In this document: one piece after another, positions 60,787-64,000 of the stretch
Position numbering within the stretch: position 1 is the stretch's first letter
Layout of the letters: every line of letters starts with the position of its first letter
From: Tubiluchus corallicola
Taxonomy: Eukaryota > Animalia > Priapulida
Assembly: GCA_030141605.1 (NCBI GenBank)
Contig: JAQGDQ010000450.1
Location: 62,001-126,000 of the forward strand
Length of the DNA: 64,000 bases
Direction of reading: 5' to 3'
Notes under the pieces: generated by a model
Databases searched by the model: none
What the model was told of the DNA's origin: nothing
Seen by the model: only the letters and a program-made list of their open reading frames with translations
Program-made: the position numbers and the translations under genes

Positions 60787-63700
60787 ATTTTTAAAATATT
60801 GACGTTGTACTATTGCTGAAAAATTGTTGAATTACTTAAAAGAACCGAGGAAGGGCAACATGGCGCGTTTCGAAAGTTTATATGTTTTTTAAATGTGTAC
60901 ACACAAAATGTATGTTCGTGTGTACGGCAAGCGAGTGAACGCACTGCTTCACATTGTGAATTAGCTCTAGATACTACGAAGCTAATTTGTCCCCATTTAA
61001 CAGTAAAAGTCTTGCATGTGTCGTTGCATTTATGTGTGTTTAGGCTGTGATTCACATTTTCAGTTTAGAGAGTATTTTGTTCAACCAAAATGCAATAAAA
61101 ATGCACAAGTATCAAATGTGGTTTTCATATGTTATTGATATTATCATGTATTATATAGGCAACCATTTTTTACAACATTAATAGTTAAAAAATACGTAGT
61201 TTATTTTACAAGAGAACAGATAGTAGGGTTCGTTGAATAATAGATTTTAACCTTCCAATGTAGATGAATTGTTTTTGTACCTTTTACTGATGTGTTTTTA
61301 TGGTTTATTTTTTTGTGTTCAACACTGATTTTGACAATGTCATAATTTGTTTTGTGATGAAATATTGATTTGGAATCTAAGCATGTGCAATTAAGTAACA
61401 CTTCTGCAGCTGAATCAGCTAATTGTAAGGAAGGTGAACAAGAAATGCTATTCCTACATAAAGCTATGCATGCTGTATTATTGCATGCACGTGCGTCAGC
61501 AATAAAGTTATATAAAACTTGTAAATTTAAGTCCCGCCATGCCCATTAGATGCAGCCATTTTGATGGTAGGTCGTTTGAAACATGTTTCGATAACATTGG
61601 TAAAGTTTAAAAAAATAATCCGAGCACTTGTAGCACACTCTTCGTTAACTAAGCAAAAGTGTAACTTACTTTATAATATCAGTAATATATTTCTGGTGAG
61701 CCAGTGACGTTTTTGTTTTGGTGCACACTGGGATAATGAAACAGTGATACTTTACCAACTGGCACAATCGTTTTAAATTATTTAAAAAATTGTTTTTCCA
61801 GTTTAAAGAAGTCTTTCAAACAAATAAACATAATGCCATGTAATATAACTCTGTACCGAAAGTTTTTGAGCGGTTCTTTAAAACTCCCTTTGATGCTGAG
61901 ATCAGCAAGTGTGTATTTCAGTCTTAGCAAGTTGTTGGTAAGGACTGCAGCTGTTGATGTTTATTATTATGTAATTATTTATTTAATATTCTGCAAGATT
62001 TTGTATGAATATACTCATGTATATTGCAATAGACTAGAAATAGTACTAATTATTCTGTGTACTAAAGGGGATTTATTTGTGTTTAGTTGTTACTGTTTCA
62101 CTGCAAAATTTTTGATACTTTATCTTTTTCTTAGCTTATATAAGAATACTGGAAACGCTCTATGCAACAAAAAAGTAAATGTTTATTTTAGATAGTGTCC
62201 AAAATGCTACCATGACTGATTAACATTTACTTGATATTATCATGTAATGATTTGTTTACAAGTTTATCACAACATCGCATGGATCTGCACTGAGTGTCCT
62301 CTATATTTAGTAGAATTAAGTCACGTTTTAAGTTCTACTTTTTACAAAAATCTTAGCTTTATGGACTCTCAGACAGTATATTAGAAAAGGAATGTAATAA
62401 CGTGATTAAATGTAATAATTTCAACTTATCACACGTTCATATGTGAAAAGTTATCTGAAAAACTATTGCTAATATGTGACAATTTATTAAAATTGATTAT
62501 AAAACAATAATGATGCATTTTTGTAAACTAGTTCGTACATTTTTGTGGAAACAGTGCAGTTCCACTTAAATTTTCCATTGCAGTACTTCGTTATCTCACG
62601 TGAGATGGCGCCACGCACACTTACTGTATTTTCATAAGTTACTTCGTATTAAACTTCGTATAATATGAAGCACAACAGAAAGCTCCTTTTTCCGTGTATA
62701 TATTTTTCTATTTTCATCACAGGAACTACGTTGTATTGCCATAAAAGGAGTTATCAAAAAGCGAATCTGTTTTTCTTCCTGGCTTCAGTACATCCAGCAT
62801 GAAGCATAACAACATTTTTCAATATAGTCATCTTCTTGATAACGTTTTCTAATAGCGCCAAAGACCACTGCCCAGTAATTTACACCTCACTGACTGGGAG
62901 TTATAAAACATGATTTGCTTCTTTCGTTTTTTCTGCCCAACTGTAGTTTAGAGCACTATTTACCATTGTCATGAATCCATTTTTACATTATGATTTACGT
63001 TATTTCAATAGAGCTCTTTTCCTTTCTCCGCCTCCCTTTTTCACTCACTCACTCACTCTCTCACTCTCTCCTCCTGTCACAGTTCCTTCCTTTCTTATCT
63101 TTCTCTTCTCTCTTTTTCTCTCAGCCCCCCTCTCTCTCTCGTTTTAGTCGTTGCCTTTTTAACTTTGTCCTGTGAAATTCATTATTAAACCATTAAAATT
63201 GCCTGCTTGCAATTAGAATAATTAATGACTCACTATCGGCGTGATCAGCTCGAAGAATTTCTCTGCTGAAACGATACTCGAATTTTTTACAACCATCTTT
63301 CATACGCAGTTTGTTAACTTTTTGTCCACTGCAGATACTAACGAAGATCAACTGATATTCAAAGGAAACAAACAGTGACGAAATCATTGCATTATAAGTA
63401 TGTATTGAATAACTTGTCATAAAAGTTCAATAATAACTTGTCAATTTTCCTGCGCAAACACGGACAAGTGCTTCCACGTTAAATTTCCAAGGCAGAGGAG
63501 TGCTTCTTGCTTGTCGACTGTCAACCATAGGTCGTTTTGACTGCACGACGAAGGATGTGACCTCGCTTACAAAAGAATGAAAGTCCCACCGATCAAGTTC
63601 ACATGCACAGATCGGATAGGTCCTTCACCCTGTGTAGCTTGGCCGACATTGTCCAGCAATTAAAACCACGCAGTGATGAGAAGAATTAAATTTGGTTAAA

Positions 63701-64000
63701 CTTCTGGCCGTCTATTTTGATGTTTCTTAGTTCTTCCCGCAAAAGGAAAACAGGATGATTTTTCATATCCTACTCTATTTTGAAAACGGTAAAAAGTACC
63801 ATTATAAGACATATAATAATGCCAACGCTTTCTGGTAATTAAATAATAAGTTAAAAACTTAATTAACGGCAGGCGAGCCCAGTTGCTGATGACACCACAA
63901 CTGAACATAATTTTCAATACCACAAGAACTTGGTGAGCGCATTGCACGCGTTTACGAAGGCGAAAATTGAACTATAGTGCAACATTCAGTATACATACAA

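Overview
This is AT-rich, intron-rich animal DNA, not prokaryotic. The 5S-derived sequence looks lophotrochozoan or annelid-like, which is a tentative call. Three spliced + strand genes can be assembled by hand with consistent exon phases: (1) a ~397-aa secreted pentraxin-domain protein (1967-23746) with an acidic N-terminal segment, an RKKR convertase site inside the pentraxin domain, degenerate Ca-binding motifs and a cationic helical C-terminal tail; (2) an ELOVL4-type fatty-acid elongase (36662-45130, 308 aa); (3) a TSPAN4/9-like tetraspanin (47672-56744, 248 aa). Introns and spacers hold many transposons: two copies of a 5S rRNA-headed SINE with an RTE-like tail, a young non-autonomous Academ element with ~330-bp TIRs and an intact XPG/Cys8 ORF fragment, a young 5'-truncated RTE with a 14-bp TSD and a tandem filler, an RTEX-like LINE interrupted by a solo LTR, a CR1-group LINE lacking its RT core, a Penelope remnant with a decayed hammerhead-like motif, pogo/hAT/Harbinger-type MITEs and simple repeats. 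The best novelty candidates are the pentraxin precursor architecture and the terminally redundant 5S-SINE. All family assignments come from motif recognition by eye; no searches were run.
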